From NCBI GenBank assembly GCA_000388065.2, contig KB932202.1: a DNA stretch of 64,000 bases. One strand, 5' to 3'. The position numbers were made by a program, and so were the translations under genes. Shown one piece after another: positions 49,931-63,400 of the stretch. The notes beneath the pieces are model-generated. The model made no database searches. It was not told the origin of the DNA and saw only the letters and a list, made by a program, of their open reading frames with translations. Position 1 is the stretch's first letter. Each line of letters begins with the position of its first letter. Source of the stretch: Fonticula alba ATCC 38817 (Eukaryota; Protista; Nucleariida).

Positions 49931-50925
49931 CTTCCTTTTTGACGGAAGCGGGCCCAGCCTTTTCTTGCGCGGGCTTTTCTTTCTGGGCTGGNNNNNNNNN
50001 NGCCTTTTCTTGCGCGGGCTTTTCTTTCTGGGCTGGGGGGGGGGGGGGAGCGGGCGCGGCGCCACTCGCCGAGGAGCAGCCCCCAGTGCGTGAGGCAGCG
50101 CACGGTGCGTCGTGGAGCAGAGCGAGCCGGTGGCTGTGCTTATGCCGCCCCCCCCCCCCCCTGTGGCCAGGTAGCATGTTCGATTGCCTGGGGGGGCTCC
50201 ATCGAGAGTGCTGGAACCGCTCTCTTCCATTATGATCGTGTTGTATTTTTTTTCCCCCCCCCCCCCCACCTCTACCACCCCCCGTGCGGATGGCCTGCCG
50301 TTGAGCTGCGCTGTCCCTGTGCGCGACGACGTTCCCGTCGTTGTTGTTGCGTAATCACGCCTGAGGGAGTCACAAATTGCGCCACCCCATCTTCATCTCC
50401 CATGGTCGGGGGATTTTTTTTCCAACTTCCGCCTGCTGGCCTCGCGAACGTCGATCATTTCCTGGCCGCACGCGCTTCCAGGCTCCTGCTGTGTGTGTGT
50501 GTGTGTGTTTGTGCGCGCGTGCGCCTGCGGGCTGGAGTGTGCATCTGGACGAGCCGGGAAACTCTCCGGGGCTGGGTGCTCCCAGCGTCCCGATGGCCGT
50601 TCCCAGCTGGGCAAGACCGGGCCCCGGCTTCGAGCCTTGGATGTGGGGAAATGACCAAAGCCCTCCTCCCTTGCCCTCCAGTTCTGCCCCGCTTGCCACC
50701 ACCTTCGATGGAGAAGATTGCTGGGACGGGCAAAGGCTCGGCCAGGGGAGCATCTCCAAGCAAATACGTGCATTTTTTTCGCCTCCCCCCTGCGGCCCGC
50801 ATCCAACCACCCTGGCACGCCTCTCCGACCCTCTCTCCCTCCATCTCCTCCGCGTCCCCCTTGCTTCCCTCTCCGCACCTTGTCCATCTCCCTCCTTTCT
50901 CCTCTGCTCTCCTTTTCTTCGCGGG

Positions 50926-53544
50926 ATGGACGCGGCTGCTTTGGGTGCTGCCGCACTGGGCTCGGCCGTCCTCGGGGCGGTCGCCCTTGGCCCGGCCGTC
51001 CTCGGGGCGACCGCTCTCGGGGCTGCCGCCGCTGGCATGTTCCTTTCATACGCCGACGTCTTGGACTTGGTGCGCAGCATCGAGGAGACCAATTCAAAAC
51101 ACATCACAACCCTGCTTAGTATTTTCCTGCAACGCCGGCGTTTCCATGAGACGGTCGATCGTAAGTTGCTTGAGTCCAGCTCCGCCTTCAACAGCTTCGC
51201 CAATGAAGGTGCGCATCCGTCCGGTTCCTGAACACACTGGATCTCCCTCCCTCCCTCCCTCCCCCCCTCTCTCTCTCTCTCTCTCCTTCTACACACCTAT
51301 CTCACCTTTCCATGTGCATTTCCCTCCTCCCCTCCCTGTCTCCTCTCGCGGCAGTGAGTATCACCGACCTGGCCTCAATTGCTCTCTCCAGTAATTCAGA
51401 GATGGCCAGCCCGTATGTTTGCCCTGCTGTTGTTCTCTCCCCCTCTCCCCCCCCCCCTCCACCGCACTCGGGCAGATCTTTCCTAGGGCCCTCCTTTTCT
51501 CTCCTGATCGTCCTAACATCATCCGCCCATTAGTGCTCTTGATCTTCTGATTCAGCGGCTTTCCTCCGGTATGTGTGCCACCCTCGCCCGGTCTCCTCGG
51601 TGCATTGCTCCACACTGACTTGTGACGTCCACAGACGAGCTCATCGAGCATGTTCTTCTTCTGGCCGAAAGTGATGTGCTAGAGGAGCGCCTACTCGGCC
51701 TGCAGGCACTCTTTACCGTCGCTCATCAGCGTATGTCAAGGGCCTCCACTCTCTTTGCCAATTTGTCTCTCTCTCTCTCTCTCTCCACCCCCCCCTCCCC
51801 TTCTTGGACGACTCTCTCTCTGACCTGTGTCATTTTGCAGAGGACTGCTTCCACAAGTACCTCAAACACGGTGCTGCTGACACCATTTGCGCCGCCTTCC
51901 TTCGGTCGACCGACACCACCTCCCAGCGTTTGGCTTCTTTTTGTCTGCTGAAGCTCGTCTACGGCTCATTCGCGTTCCGTGGTTATCTGTTCCACACCGA
52001 GGTGGTGAACAAGGCATGCAATATCGTCCTACAGGAGTCCAACACCTTGTCCCCCCTGTTCGAGCGCTGCCGCGACTTCATCTTCACTCTTTCAGCTGAG
52101 GGTGTGTCTCCCCCCCCCCCCCCCCCATCTCCGCCGCACACTTCCTCCTTCGTCTCCCCAAATGCGCGCACGATCACACAAGGATCACACGCTGACTTCC
52201 TCCTTCTCAGGCCTGATCGATTGCCTCGCCACCCCGATCCCAATGACCCTGATCAAGATGCTCATCAACGGGCCGACTGTCTACCAATCCTTCCAGATCC
52301 TGTCGTCCCTGAAGTCGATATTGACCCGTATCCAGCCGAGTGATGGTGCGCTTGTCATGCTTCTGCCTCGTCGTGCCCCTCTCCTGCCGCTAACCAGCCA
52401 TCTGCCCTGCTGTCTTCTTCTTCTTCTTCTTCTTCTTCCTCCATGGTTGGTCTCACGCCCTCGAAGGTGTCTCCACCAATGTCATCCATCCTCTGGTGGA
52501 GCCATTCTTCCGCGCGATTGACACCTTGAAGTCCAGCATCTGTACGTGGCTGGCACCTCATGCTTCCATGTGGCTCCCCTTCCCTCCTTTCGGCACGACT
52601 TGCGCCCTTTTGTGCTTCCGTCCCCTTCTTCTCTGCTTCTCTGACTCCTGCACAACAGTCGACGAACCAAACCCACTGTACCGCGAGAGATACCGTGCGA
52701 TTGCTCATTGTCTATACCTTCTCGTGAGGATGGGCCTGCCGACCGGCACGCGTGTCAATCAAATGCTCGACTTGTCGGCTCTCTTGCCACAGCCTGGCTT
52801 CTTCATGGATGACATCATCATGAACTATCTGAGGGTGCTCGAGCTGCTTGCGCCGCAAATCTGTGCGTTGCCTTCGATCCTGCTATCTTCCCCAATGTTC
52901 AATTGGTGCATGTCACCCTCTCTGACCAGTGATCCTTGCCGTCTTCCTCCATATATATATATATATATATGTATATGTATATCTCTTTGCCTCTTTCCTT
53001 CCTTCTCTCCATCCCCCAATCCTCTGGCCACCCTGTCAGATCATATGCCAGATACCCAGCCCTTTGCGCGTGTCCTCTTCAGCGTGTCGCTCCTGATGCA
53101 CACCGGGTTGCCGGCTGGCTCGAACATCATGGGGCAAATTTTCCTGGTGCTGCACGCTGCCATTCCCCGACTGCGTGAGGTTCTCGACCGTAACCACTTC
53201 CTTAAAACGGTAAGCCATATCCGCAATAGGGCCTCCCTCTCTTGGGGCGACCGTCAAACGGACTTCCGTCATCCATATGAGTGTTTCCGTCATTTGATGC
53301 TCAATTTGGCGGACTCAATTTATGAGCAGGTCGACTTTGACGAGGAGGAGCCCCTGCTCTTGCTGCATGCCATCATGGTTGCCGGTCCGTGTGAAAGAGT
53401 CCCGTCACTCCTTTTCTCCCTCCCTTCCTCCATCTTCGTTGATCTTCTCCTTAACGCACGGACACGCATACATAATTGTATGCACGTCTTCGCATGTGGC
53501 TGTGAGCCAGACGAGCAACTCCTCTAACATGTCTGTCCCTGTGC

Positions 53545-53578
<34 letters not shown>

Positions 53579-53992
53579 TCCTCCCCCCCCCCCCTCCCCC
53601 GGGACCGAGCAGCTCCCGAAAATTTGCAGGTGGACATCCCGTCGGCCGCGCACCGCTCCCTTCTCAAGCTCTTTGAGCATGCATCCAGCCTGTCGCACAT
53701 CCCCCAATTGGCGGACATTGCCCGGAATGTGGCCTTGCGTACATATCGTGCGTGTCAGAGTGATCCGAGCTCCTGCAAGCACATCCCCCCTCTGACCTTG
53801 TGCCTTGTCCTTCTGCCAAACAGTTTTGGGTTCGGCATCGACCTTCTCCTTGAATCTGGATGCCCTTCATGGGTTTCTGGCCATGTCCATCTTTGGGCCG
53901 GCCGCCATGGATCTCGTCTACACCGCGGAAACTCATGTCATCGACTGTGACTTTGCCGTTGATTCATCCAGCGATCAAGACACCGACACCGA

Positions 53993-54028
<36 letters not shown>

Positions 54029-57000
54029 TGACCGGATGCCGACCTTCCCCTTCCTGCTGACTATGGACCTCGTTCATCCTGGCTCCTCGGAGGATGAAGA
54101 CCGGCATGATGCCTCGGCAGATGCCACCTCCATCCTGGATAGCTTGATGACGACCGGTCGCTTTTCTCCCCCGCCTGTGCCTTTCAAAACAAACTATCCC
54201 CAGATCCTGTGGCATGTGGCACGGCAGGCGACCAACCGCGATCTGCTCAACATCTTCCTGGCCTTCGAGGCGGGCTGCTGCTCGGATGTGGTGGCCCCAC
54301 CGCTCGGGGGCCCGAATGCCCCGGGCAAGCCCACTCCCAAGCACTTCCTCCGCCTGTTGGACTTCGCCGCCAGCCGGGCGGCCGCTCTCCTGGACATGTT
54401 GGCCGAGATATCCCTGGCGGCCATCGGCATCTCTGACAGGCTCGGTGCGCACACATGTCCCACCATGCCGTGCCTTCGTCCATTTGCTGCCCGTATGTTT
54501 GCCCCTGCCCGGTGCTAACTCCGATGCATCCTGCGGTGTTGCCACCGCCGCCGTGCTCTTCCCTTTTGTTGCCTCGCCTGCTCTTGCTGCAACCATGGCA
54601 CGATAGATTCCAACAACTTGCCGATTGTGCATGAGCATGTCCTGATTGTGGGCTCGATCTTGCTCAAGTGGCTGCAATTCATCTGCGAAGCCCCCTTTGA
54701 CTTCTCGGTTTCCGAGGAAGCCGGGATCGACGCCGAAGGGGAGATTACTTTTGGGAAGTTCGCCGATCTTCTGCCACGCATGCTTTCGATTACGCTGGCT
54801 GTGATCGATAGCTGTGCGTCCGGTTTCCCTCCTGCCCTGATGCTGGGGATTGTTNNNNNNNNNNNNNNNNNNNNNNNNNNNNNNNNNNNNNNNNNNNNNN
54901 NNNNNNNNNNNNNNNNNNNNNNNNNNNNNNNNNNNNNNNNNNNNNNNNNNNNNNNNNNNNNNNNNNNNNNNNNNNNNNNNNNNNNNNNNNNNNNNNNNNN
55001 NNNNNNNNNNNNNNNNNNNNNNNNNNNNNNNNNNNNNNNNNNNNNNNNNNNNNNNNNNNNNNNNNNNNNNNNNNNNNNNNNNNNNNNNNNNNNNNNNNNN
55101 NNNNNNNNNNNNNNNNNNNNNNNNNNNNNNNNNNNNNNNNNNNNNNNNNNNNNNNNNNNNNNNNNNNNNNNNNNNNNNNNNNNNNNNNNNNNNNNNNNNN
55201 NNNNNNNNNNNNNNNNNNNNNNNNNNNNNNNNNNNNNNNNNNNNNNNNNNNNNNNNNNNNNNNNNNNNNNNNNNNNNNNNNNNNNNNNNNNNNNNNNNNN
55301 NNNNNNNNNCTCCCTCTCTCTCTCCCTCCCTCTCTCTCTCCCTCCCTCTCGCACTCTCTCGCACTCACATACACACACATGTCAACTTAGGCACCATCCG
55401 CCTGAGCATTGATGGCCCGTCTGCCAGTGAGTGGTGCCTCCTCTTGATGGGCTACTGGCGGCATTTGGCCCCGGTGCTGAGCGTCTCAGCTCCAGCGCAT
55501 CAGCAATCCCTCCTCCATGTGGTTGATATTCTCATGGCCTTCCGCCAGGAAGGTACGTCGCAGGGGTGCTGCTTGACCCGTGCACACACTCTCTGCCCAT
55601 GTCCGCCCGTCCCCCTCGGGCCCTCGCTAACATCAGTATCATTGGCAGGACTTCTGTCCGACGAGGGAGACCATTATAATGACCTCATCCGGCAGATGAC
55701 CCTCCTCCTGCCGGAGGAGGCTGACCCTCCCACAGGGGAGGTTGGGCTGCTGTTCATTTCGACCGAGTACTCCCACTCGGTCCTTGTGGACGGTGCACTT
55801 TCCGATGATAGCCCCCGGGTTCCGACGATCATGCGGCTTCGGCGGCATTTGGCACGTGCGCAGATGGCCACCACGCGCCGACGCCCTGCCACCTGGCAGT
55901 CGGCCATTTGTCGCCGACCGGTCCTTGGGGCGGCCACCATCTGGTCGGTCCTGCATGTGGGGCCTAGCCAGCCCCAGTGGCCAGCGGCGCTGGCGCTGGC
56001 GGCAACCCCCCAGGTTAACCGGCTCCTGGCTGCCGGTGTGCCTGCACCCCGGCTGGACATCTTCCCGGTCAATGATCCGGCCCCCATGTTGATGGTGGCC
56101 CTGCAGCAGGCCGACTTCTCCACCTGCTTGACGGCGCTGCCGCTGGATGAGCTGATGACCGGGTTCACCGTGCGAAATGGCCTGCAAATCTGCCACCAGG
56201 AATCGTATCCTCTCGGGTGTCCGCCAGGCCGGATGTTGGTCTTTTTGGGGGACGCTTCGATGTCCGGCCGGGGGACTCTCTGTCGGGCTCGGATTTTGGA
56301 GCCGGTGAGCGCTTCGGACAAGCACTCGCACGGGTCACGTCTGCTGGACTACGAGCATGTGCTGCCGGTGCCGCGCCCGAAAAACGGCCCTTCGTCTCCT
56401 GGCTGCGCGGTCTTTCGGGTGCATTTGCACGCGCGCATGGGCGCCGATGTCAGCATTGGCTGGCTGAATTTCTCCGAGACCGGCGTGATCGACCCACACC
56501 GGCTGGAACTCCTCCACACGAGGATCCGGGACCCGCACATGAACCCGCTGCTTCCGTATATGGACCACTCGATGGCCATGCTTCGTCTGATGGTCAGCCC
56601 CTCGGGGCGGTCTTTTGGCGGGGCGGGTGCCGGGCCGCAGGCCCCCCGGCCGAAGGAAGGTTCCCCCATGGCCTACCTCCAGGTGTCGCGGTTCTTCCGG
56701 TCGTCGATGAATGACACCTCGCGCTTGGTCGATGACTTTTGCAGCGATGCCGATGACGCGGCTCTGGACCAGCGCTTTGGCTGTGACCTGACTTTGGGCA
56801 TCTTGCCGTTGTCCGCTCCGGAGGTGAATCTCGTTGTCGAGGCTCGGTACTTCCGCCACACGGGCACCGTGTCCTTTGCCCTGAATGGCCAGTGCCTTGG
56901 GGCGATCTTCTGCCTGAATGATTGGACCATGCCGGTGGAGCCCCTGGACCAATCCCTGGCGAGCGGCTTTTTCCCGAGCTCCATGCCATTCTTTGTGCCA

Positions 57001-57084
57001 CTGGTGGTGGGGTCGGCCGTGTCGGAGGTTCGAATTTTCTCCGGGCCCGCCGGTCCCGAGGAACCAGGGACCCGTCTCTGGTGA
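50926..57084 (+). CDS. Large multi-exon hypothetical protein: ARM/HEAT-like helical region, acidic tract, C-terminal SPRY-like domain (gap 54855-55309)
   Basis: The exon junctions I checked join in frame, including a small exon in ~51533-51567. Leu-rich helical segments such as EERLLGLQALF and SQRLASFCLLKLVY. DTDDEDEDEDEDEDD at ~53980-54030. C-terminal VSIGW..RFGCDLTLG..TGTVSFALNGQCLGAIF resembles the SPRY G.V.F..NG..LG.AF signature. The start may instead be Met at 51037. Confidence 0.6.
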
Positions 57085-57184
57085 GAGTGTTGAATGAGTA
57101 CCGCCCCGGGGGCTGGCCCCCGTTCTATCCCTCTCTCTGTCTCTCTCTCTCTCTCTCTCTTATACACACATACATACAAACATA

Positions 57185-57222
<38 letters not shown>

Positions 57223-57480
57223 CAGTGACACCTTCATATCATAGTCACGTTCATTATGTTCAGGTTCCGGACAGGGCTCGTTCCAATCGGGGAGGGACGA
57301 TTGGCAACGGAGCCGGGGTATCGGACATGTGGGTGAGGCCTGTGACCTCAACTACCCGGACCCGGGCGTTCACCCCCAAGTGTTGGAGGATGCGTGAATC
57401 GCCTGACTGTCCACGAGGGGGGAGGGGGGAGGGGGGTATTGCACGAAGTGTGCGCGTCATGCGGGCCACCAGGCGTCGGC

Positions 57481-60400
57481 TCAGGCGGCGCGCCGCTCCT
57501 CCTGGGAGGCCTTGCCCGCCGCATCCAAAGCCGAAGCCCGGAACTCTGGCCGGGTCTTGGCCACCAGCGCCGCAAGAGCCAGACGCGCCTCGTCCGAGTG
57601 GGACAATAACCCGGCCTTCTCGGTGCCGAGCTCGTCGGCCGAGCAGGCCAGCGCCGATGTCAGGCCCACCCAATCAAACGCAACCAAACGGATGGAGGCA
57701 CTACATGTTGTCATGTCGGCCGGGGGGCGAGGCGTCAGAAGGATAGCACGCCATGCGGTCAGTGACCGAGGGCAACAGAGTCACGGGCATTGGGGGCGGG
57801 GGGGGGGGGGGAGCAGGAAGTATCAAGGAGAAGAAAAAGGGCATGGATGCGTGTATGCTTGTGTGTGTGTGTGTGTGTGTGGGCGTGCACGCGCACGTAC
57901 GGAGGGGAGGGAGGGGGACAAAGGGGAGCGTATGTCAGATCCTCCGGGGCGAAAGCAATGCCGCCAGCGATCGACAGGGCCATGCTCAGATCAGTCAGGT
58001 ATGGTTCAAACTCCGGTAGAGCGGCAGCCAGCGCGGCCAGATCCACCGCCGCCCTGGTGGCCTGAAGCAGCTGCTCATGGACACCGGTTGGCACGGGGCA
58101 CACAGCAGCCGGCACCAGGGCACTGAGACGGCTCAGGTACAGACACGCCACCAGAGCCAGGAGGTTGTGCGTGTGTGCCGCCCGGGTCGAGGGCGAGGCG
58201 GATGCCGAGTCGGCCGCCGCGGCCAATGCCGCCACCACAGCGGCCACAGCCAGGGCGCCTGCCGCGGGCAGGACCGCCGGGTCGCCCGTGCCGTCGGCCG
58301 CCGCGGCCGCCGCCTGCAGCCCGGTGTAGTCGGCCAAGGCCACCACCAGGCCGAGAATGTCGCACATCGACAGGGCATCCGCCCCGGGGGCCGGAGCCGA
58401 GGTGAGAGTCAGCTCCCGGCTGAAGACCGACGTCAGCGACGCGAGCAGGCGCCCGCCATGTGCCTTGGCAAAGGCAGCCAGCACCGACTGCCCCGGGCGC
58501 CGGCCGCCCGGTACCTCATCGAGCATCGCGCGGAGGAGCTTGTGCAGCAGCACATACGTGCAACTTCGAACGGCTGAACAAAGCACCATGTTATTATGTG
58601 CGTATGCATGTGCGTGGGTGCGTGTATCTGATCGAAGCTTGCATGGCCTCTGTCGAGGGCGAATGCGGCCCAAGGGCAGCAATTGATCGCGTAGCACCCC
58701 CCGCCCCCCACCACCGCCACCCCCCACTCCTCCCGCCCCACATTGCCCTGTGTGCGCACCGAATTTCGGACTCGACAGATTCCCCACCGCCAGGGTGGAG
58801 AGCTGGCTGGCCGAGCTCAACAGCGGGCTGGTCCAGTCGTAGGACTGCACCGGAGCCCGGGCAATTCGCCCGGCCGTGTTAACCAACACCGGCAAACGAT
58901 GATCCATGGTGGCCTCATCCAGCTCGCCGCCAGCCAGGGCCGTTATGATGCGCAGGGTAGACAGTGAGCAGGCCATCCGGTCTGTCAGGGTGTCAATACG
59001 GCGGATCAGCACCTGAGCCAGCGACAGCAGGAGCCAGCACAGCTTGAAGACCTTTGACTGCAGGTTCTCCACCAGGATCGGATCGGCATCGAGCGGCGGC
59101 AGCTCCATACATTTCTGAGATACGACGGGCATGGAGCTCCACTTCCTTTCGACGATGTGCAGGCGCACTTGGTATGGATATCTCAGGGACCAGTGGCCAA
59201 GACAGCACTCCAACATTTCGACTATGGGCATGTGCATCGGCGATGGGCCGGTTCCATGGGCCTCGGCGCCGGTCTCCGAGAGACCACTGCTCAAGAGCCC
59301 CCCCACACTGTTGGCCGGGGAAGGGGACGACCGGTCGGCGCTCGGGGTACCACCACCCAGCAGGGCGTCCGGCTGGTATTCGCCTCGGGCCGGCTCCTCC
59401 TGCCCAAGGTCCGCCAGGTACATCGAGAGGGCCTCGGCTGACGGCAGGGCGAAGAGTGCCGGCGGCTGCCTGGCCTCGCTGAAACCCGACGGAAATATCC
59501 CCTCGAAGACCATCCGCAGGACCAGCACCAAATGCATCGTATCACACAGGAAGGTGCCTTTGTCCAGGTCGTCGGCTTGAAAGGCCTTGATCCGGTCGAT
59601 CAGGTAGGCGAACAGGGCATGGACGTCGCTCGCCTGCGTATGCATGCATGTGTGTGAGAAGGGCAAGGGAGGGCGCGTGACCGTGTGAGAGGGCGGCGGA
59701 AGGGCACGCACGTCAAGGTGCTTCCGAAGCTGGAGGATCATATTGGCAACAAATTCGTATGGCCAGGCCCCGCTGTGGGTCTTATACTTGCGCCAGCTGG
59801 GGGGGGGGGGGGAGAGAAACACATTGTCATCGTAGCCCAGGGTGAGGGGGGAGGAGGGAGCATGGGTCAATTTCGGGTGCTTCGGAAGAATGATGTGGGA
59901 AGGGAAAAGAGGGCCAGACGACACGCACCTCAGCCTCAAGATCGGATCCAGCAGCCACTTGATGGTGGTCGCATCGGCCTGGCTGGCCAGGTGTTGCAGG
60001 GTCCGCAGCGCGTGGCAGCCGAGCATGCGACGATGGACCCAGTGGCTGGAGGGCAAACGGCGGGGTGGGGGGGGGGGGGGGGGGGACAAAAAGCAAAGCA
60101 GGCAGAAGTCACACCCAGCACACGGCGGTCAGGACTGACGTCCACACCCAGGGAAGGAGGAGGGCAAAAAAGGCTCAATCAACCATCATGCCAGCCGCGG
60201 CAGGCCAAGCACATACAGGGTTGACATATCCCTCGCGAGGTCGCCAGCGGCGCCCACGGGACCCATGGACGCCACGGCGCGCTTGTCGAAGAGATCTTGG
60301 GCAGACCATTTGTTCGCGAGTCGCACGACCCGCACCAGGGCCGACACCATGCGACCATAGATGTCCGGGGTGTCGTTGAGCCGCCGAGACGAGGCGGCCC

Positions 60401-63400
60401 CAAGACAGATGGCACGCAGGGCCGCCAGGGCCAGGCGCGAAATGGCCCGGTCATTGGCTGTCAGGTCAGCCGGACGGTCAAGCAGCGCCGTGTAGCCGGC
60501 AAGCATCCGCTCGAAGAGGGGAGCAAGGCTCGACGCGAGCAGCGGGTCATCGCTGGCCGGCACGCGGCCCGCTACCAAGGGGAAGAGCTATGGCGCAGGT
60601 GGGGGGGTCTTTGTCAGGGGTGGGTGGGATGGCAGAGATGTGTGGGGTAGGGGGGTAGGGGGGGGGATCACCCGGCGGTGCGGGACGTACCAACGACGTG
60701 GCCATGCGGACATCGTCCAGCGGGATGTCGGATGGGGATGAGCTGGGCAGTGGCAGACCANNNNNNNNNNNNNNNNNNNNNNNNNNNNNNNNNNNNNNNN
60801 NNNNNNNNNNNNNNNNNNNNNNNNNNNNNNNNNNNNNNNNNNNNNNNNNNNNNNNNNNNNNNNNNNNNNNNNNNNNNNNNNNNNNNNNNNNNNNNNNNNN
60901 NNNNNNNNNNNNNNNNNNNNNNNNNNNNNNNNNNNNNNNNNNNNNNNNNNNNNNNNNNNNNNNNNNNNNNNNNNNNNNNNNNNNNNNNNNNNNNNNNNNN
61001 NNNNNNNNNNNNNNNNNNNNNNNNNNNNNNNNNNNNNNNNNNNNNNNNNNNNNNNNNNNNNNNNNNNNNNNNNNNNNNNNNNNNNNNNNNNNNNNNNNNN
61101 NNNNNNNNNNNNNNNNNNNNNNNNNNNNNNNNNNNNNNNNNNNNNNNNNNNNNNNNNNNNNNNNNNNNNNNNNNNNNNNNNNNNNNNNNNNNNNNNNNNN
61201 NNNNNNNNNNNNNNNNNNNNNNNNNNNNNNNNNNNNNNNNNNNNNNNNNNNNNNNNNNNNNNNNNNNNNNNNNNNNNNNNNNNNNNNNNNNNNNNNNNNN
61301 NNNNNNNNNNNNNNNNNNNNNNNNNNNNNNNNNNNNNNNNNNNNNNNNNNNNNNNNNNNNNNNNNNNNNNNNNNNNNNNNNNNCTGATCTTGTCAGCAGG
61401 GTGCGATCGGGGGAGAGAAAGGACAAGAAGGTCGGCGGGGGAGAGAGGGTGAGGTACAAGGGAGAGATCTCACATGGTAAGTACGGAGGCGCGCGTGCCA
61501 GGGATGGGACGGGATGGAGAAGACGAGGACTCGGGGAGGGGGGGGGGGAGAGTCTCAGGCTAGGGACTGAGCCCGACGCTCAGGGCCGTCTTCAGAGCAG
61601 GCGCCTTGGCTTTCTCCAGGTCGGCCACTGGCCGGGCGGTGTTGCCCCAAGGTCCTGCCGCCGCTGTGCCACTCCTCCAACACGCATCCGGGTGCGTCGG
61701 TCTTAGATGGAAGGCGTGCCAACACTGCCTACGAGGGAGGGGAAATGTTATCTCCACCCCGGCCAACATTTGTTGCGTTCCCGTCGATGACGCCTTTCGT
61801 TGTTCCCCCCCCCCCCCCCCCATACGCCAGCCACGGGGGGAGGAGGAGGGGAAGAACTGATCGACGGAATAAGAGAGATGGCGAGCGCAGTCACACACAC
61901 ACACATGTGCCAGCATCACACACACACAATATGGTGAGGCTCCTCCAGAGGTGCCCTCCTTTTTTGCCAAACGTCGGCAGCTCACATTCCGATGGTCCAC
62001 TTGGGCAGTTAGGGGGAAATCTCTCCTGCCCACTTTGCGGAGGGCAGCCAGGAGGGGCGACGCGTGGGGGGGCCCCCGCGAGAGTGGCGTACGTTTGGTG
62101 GGTCCATCCCAAAAGAAGGAGCATGTAACCATGATGTCACCTCCGACGCCGCGTGGGAACTTCGCTCCGCTCACCTCCCCCGCACGCGCCTCACCTCGCC
62201 CTGCTCTGTTGGCCCCTGCTGTCGGCTCTTCGCCAAATCTGGCGATGTCCTCCGGGTGATCAAATGTTTAGGAGGTCCATTTTTCTACCTCCCTCCCCCC
62301 GGAGGGAGGGAGGTCTTAGCATCGCCCCTCAGCGATGCGCTCCATGCCCCCTCATTTTCCCCTCCTTTCCCGTGTATGCCCTCTCCTTTCCGGGGCACCC
62401 CAACATGCGGGCCCCCTCTTTCCCCACCACGCCCACCAGAGGACACGCAGCACCTTGAGGGGGATGGTCGTCCTCCTTGCGGAGGCCCTGGCTTGCCGTT
62501 GCTCGGCCTCCGTGCGTCTCCCCCGCTAAAGACGCAGTTCCCCCGCTTGCCTTTCCTTTTGTTCTTGTGTCTTTGTCCAAGCGGTGACCCTCTCCGGGGG
62601 ACGGGACGCCTTGGGTGGTTCAGGGAGGCCCTCGCCGGCCTCCCAGAATCACATGCCGGAATCGGCGCGTTTCAGTGTAACCATAATGTCACCTCCGACA
62701 TTGCGTCGGAACTTCGCTCCGCTCACCTCCTCCGCACCTGCCTCACCTCGCCCTGCTCTGTTTTCCCCCTGCTGCCACATCCCTGCTAGATCTGGTCATG
62801 ACCTTCACGTGATCGTATAGCAACGAGGTCCACTAGTCGACCTGCACTTCCCCGTTGGGGGGTGCTGGCGTCGCCCGAACGGCGACGCCACCCATTCTCT
62901 CTCAATTCCCATGTATTCCCATGTATTCCCCCTTTTCTGGGCACCCTATATAAGGGGCCCCCGTTCCTGCCTCCCCTCCAAGGACTCAGCACCTTGAAGG
63001 ATAGTCATTCTCTCTTACGGAGGTTTGATTTCCCATAGTCCTGTCTCCGTACGTCGCTCCCTCTGGAGCGGTGTGACCTAGTCCTTGATGTAATCCCCAT
63101 AAAGACGCAGATCACCAGCTTTCCCTTCTTTTGTTGTTGTATTCATGTCCGAGTGGTGACCCTCTCAGGACGGAACGCTCTGGGTGGTTCAGGGAAGGCC
63201 CTCACCGGTCCCCCAGAATCACATACCAGAACCGGAGCGTTTCATTCNNNNNNNNNNNNNNNNNNNNNNNNNNNNNNNNNNNNNNNNNNNNNNNNNNNNN
63301 NNNNNNNNNNNNNNNNNNNNNNNNNNNNNNNNNNNNNNNNNNNNNNNNNNNNNNNNNNNNNNNNNNNNNNNNNNNNNNNNNNNNNNNNNNNNNNNNNNNN

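Noticed and set aside
49957-50036. 35-bp tandem duplication either side of a 10-N gap
   Set aside because: Typical unmerged contig overlap.
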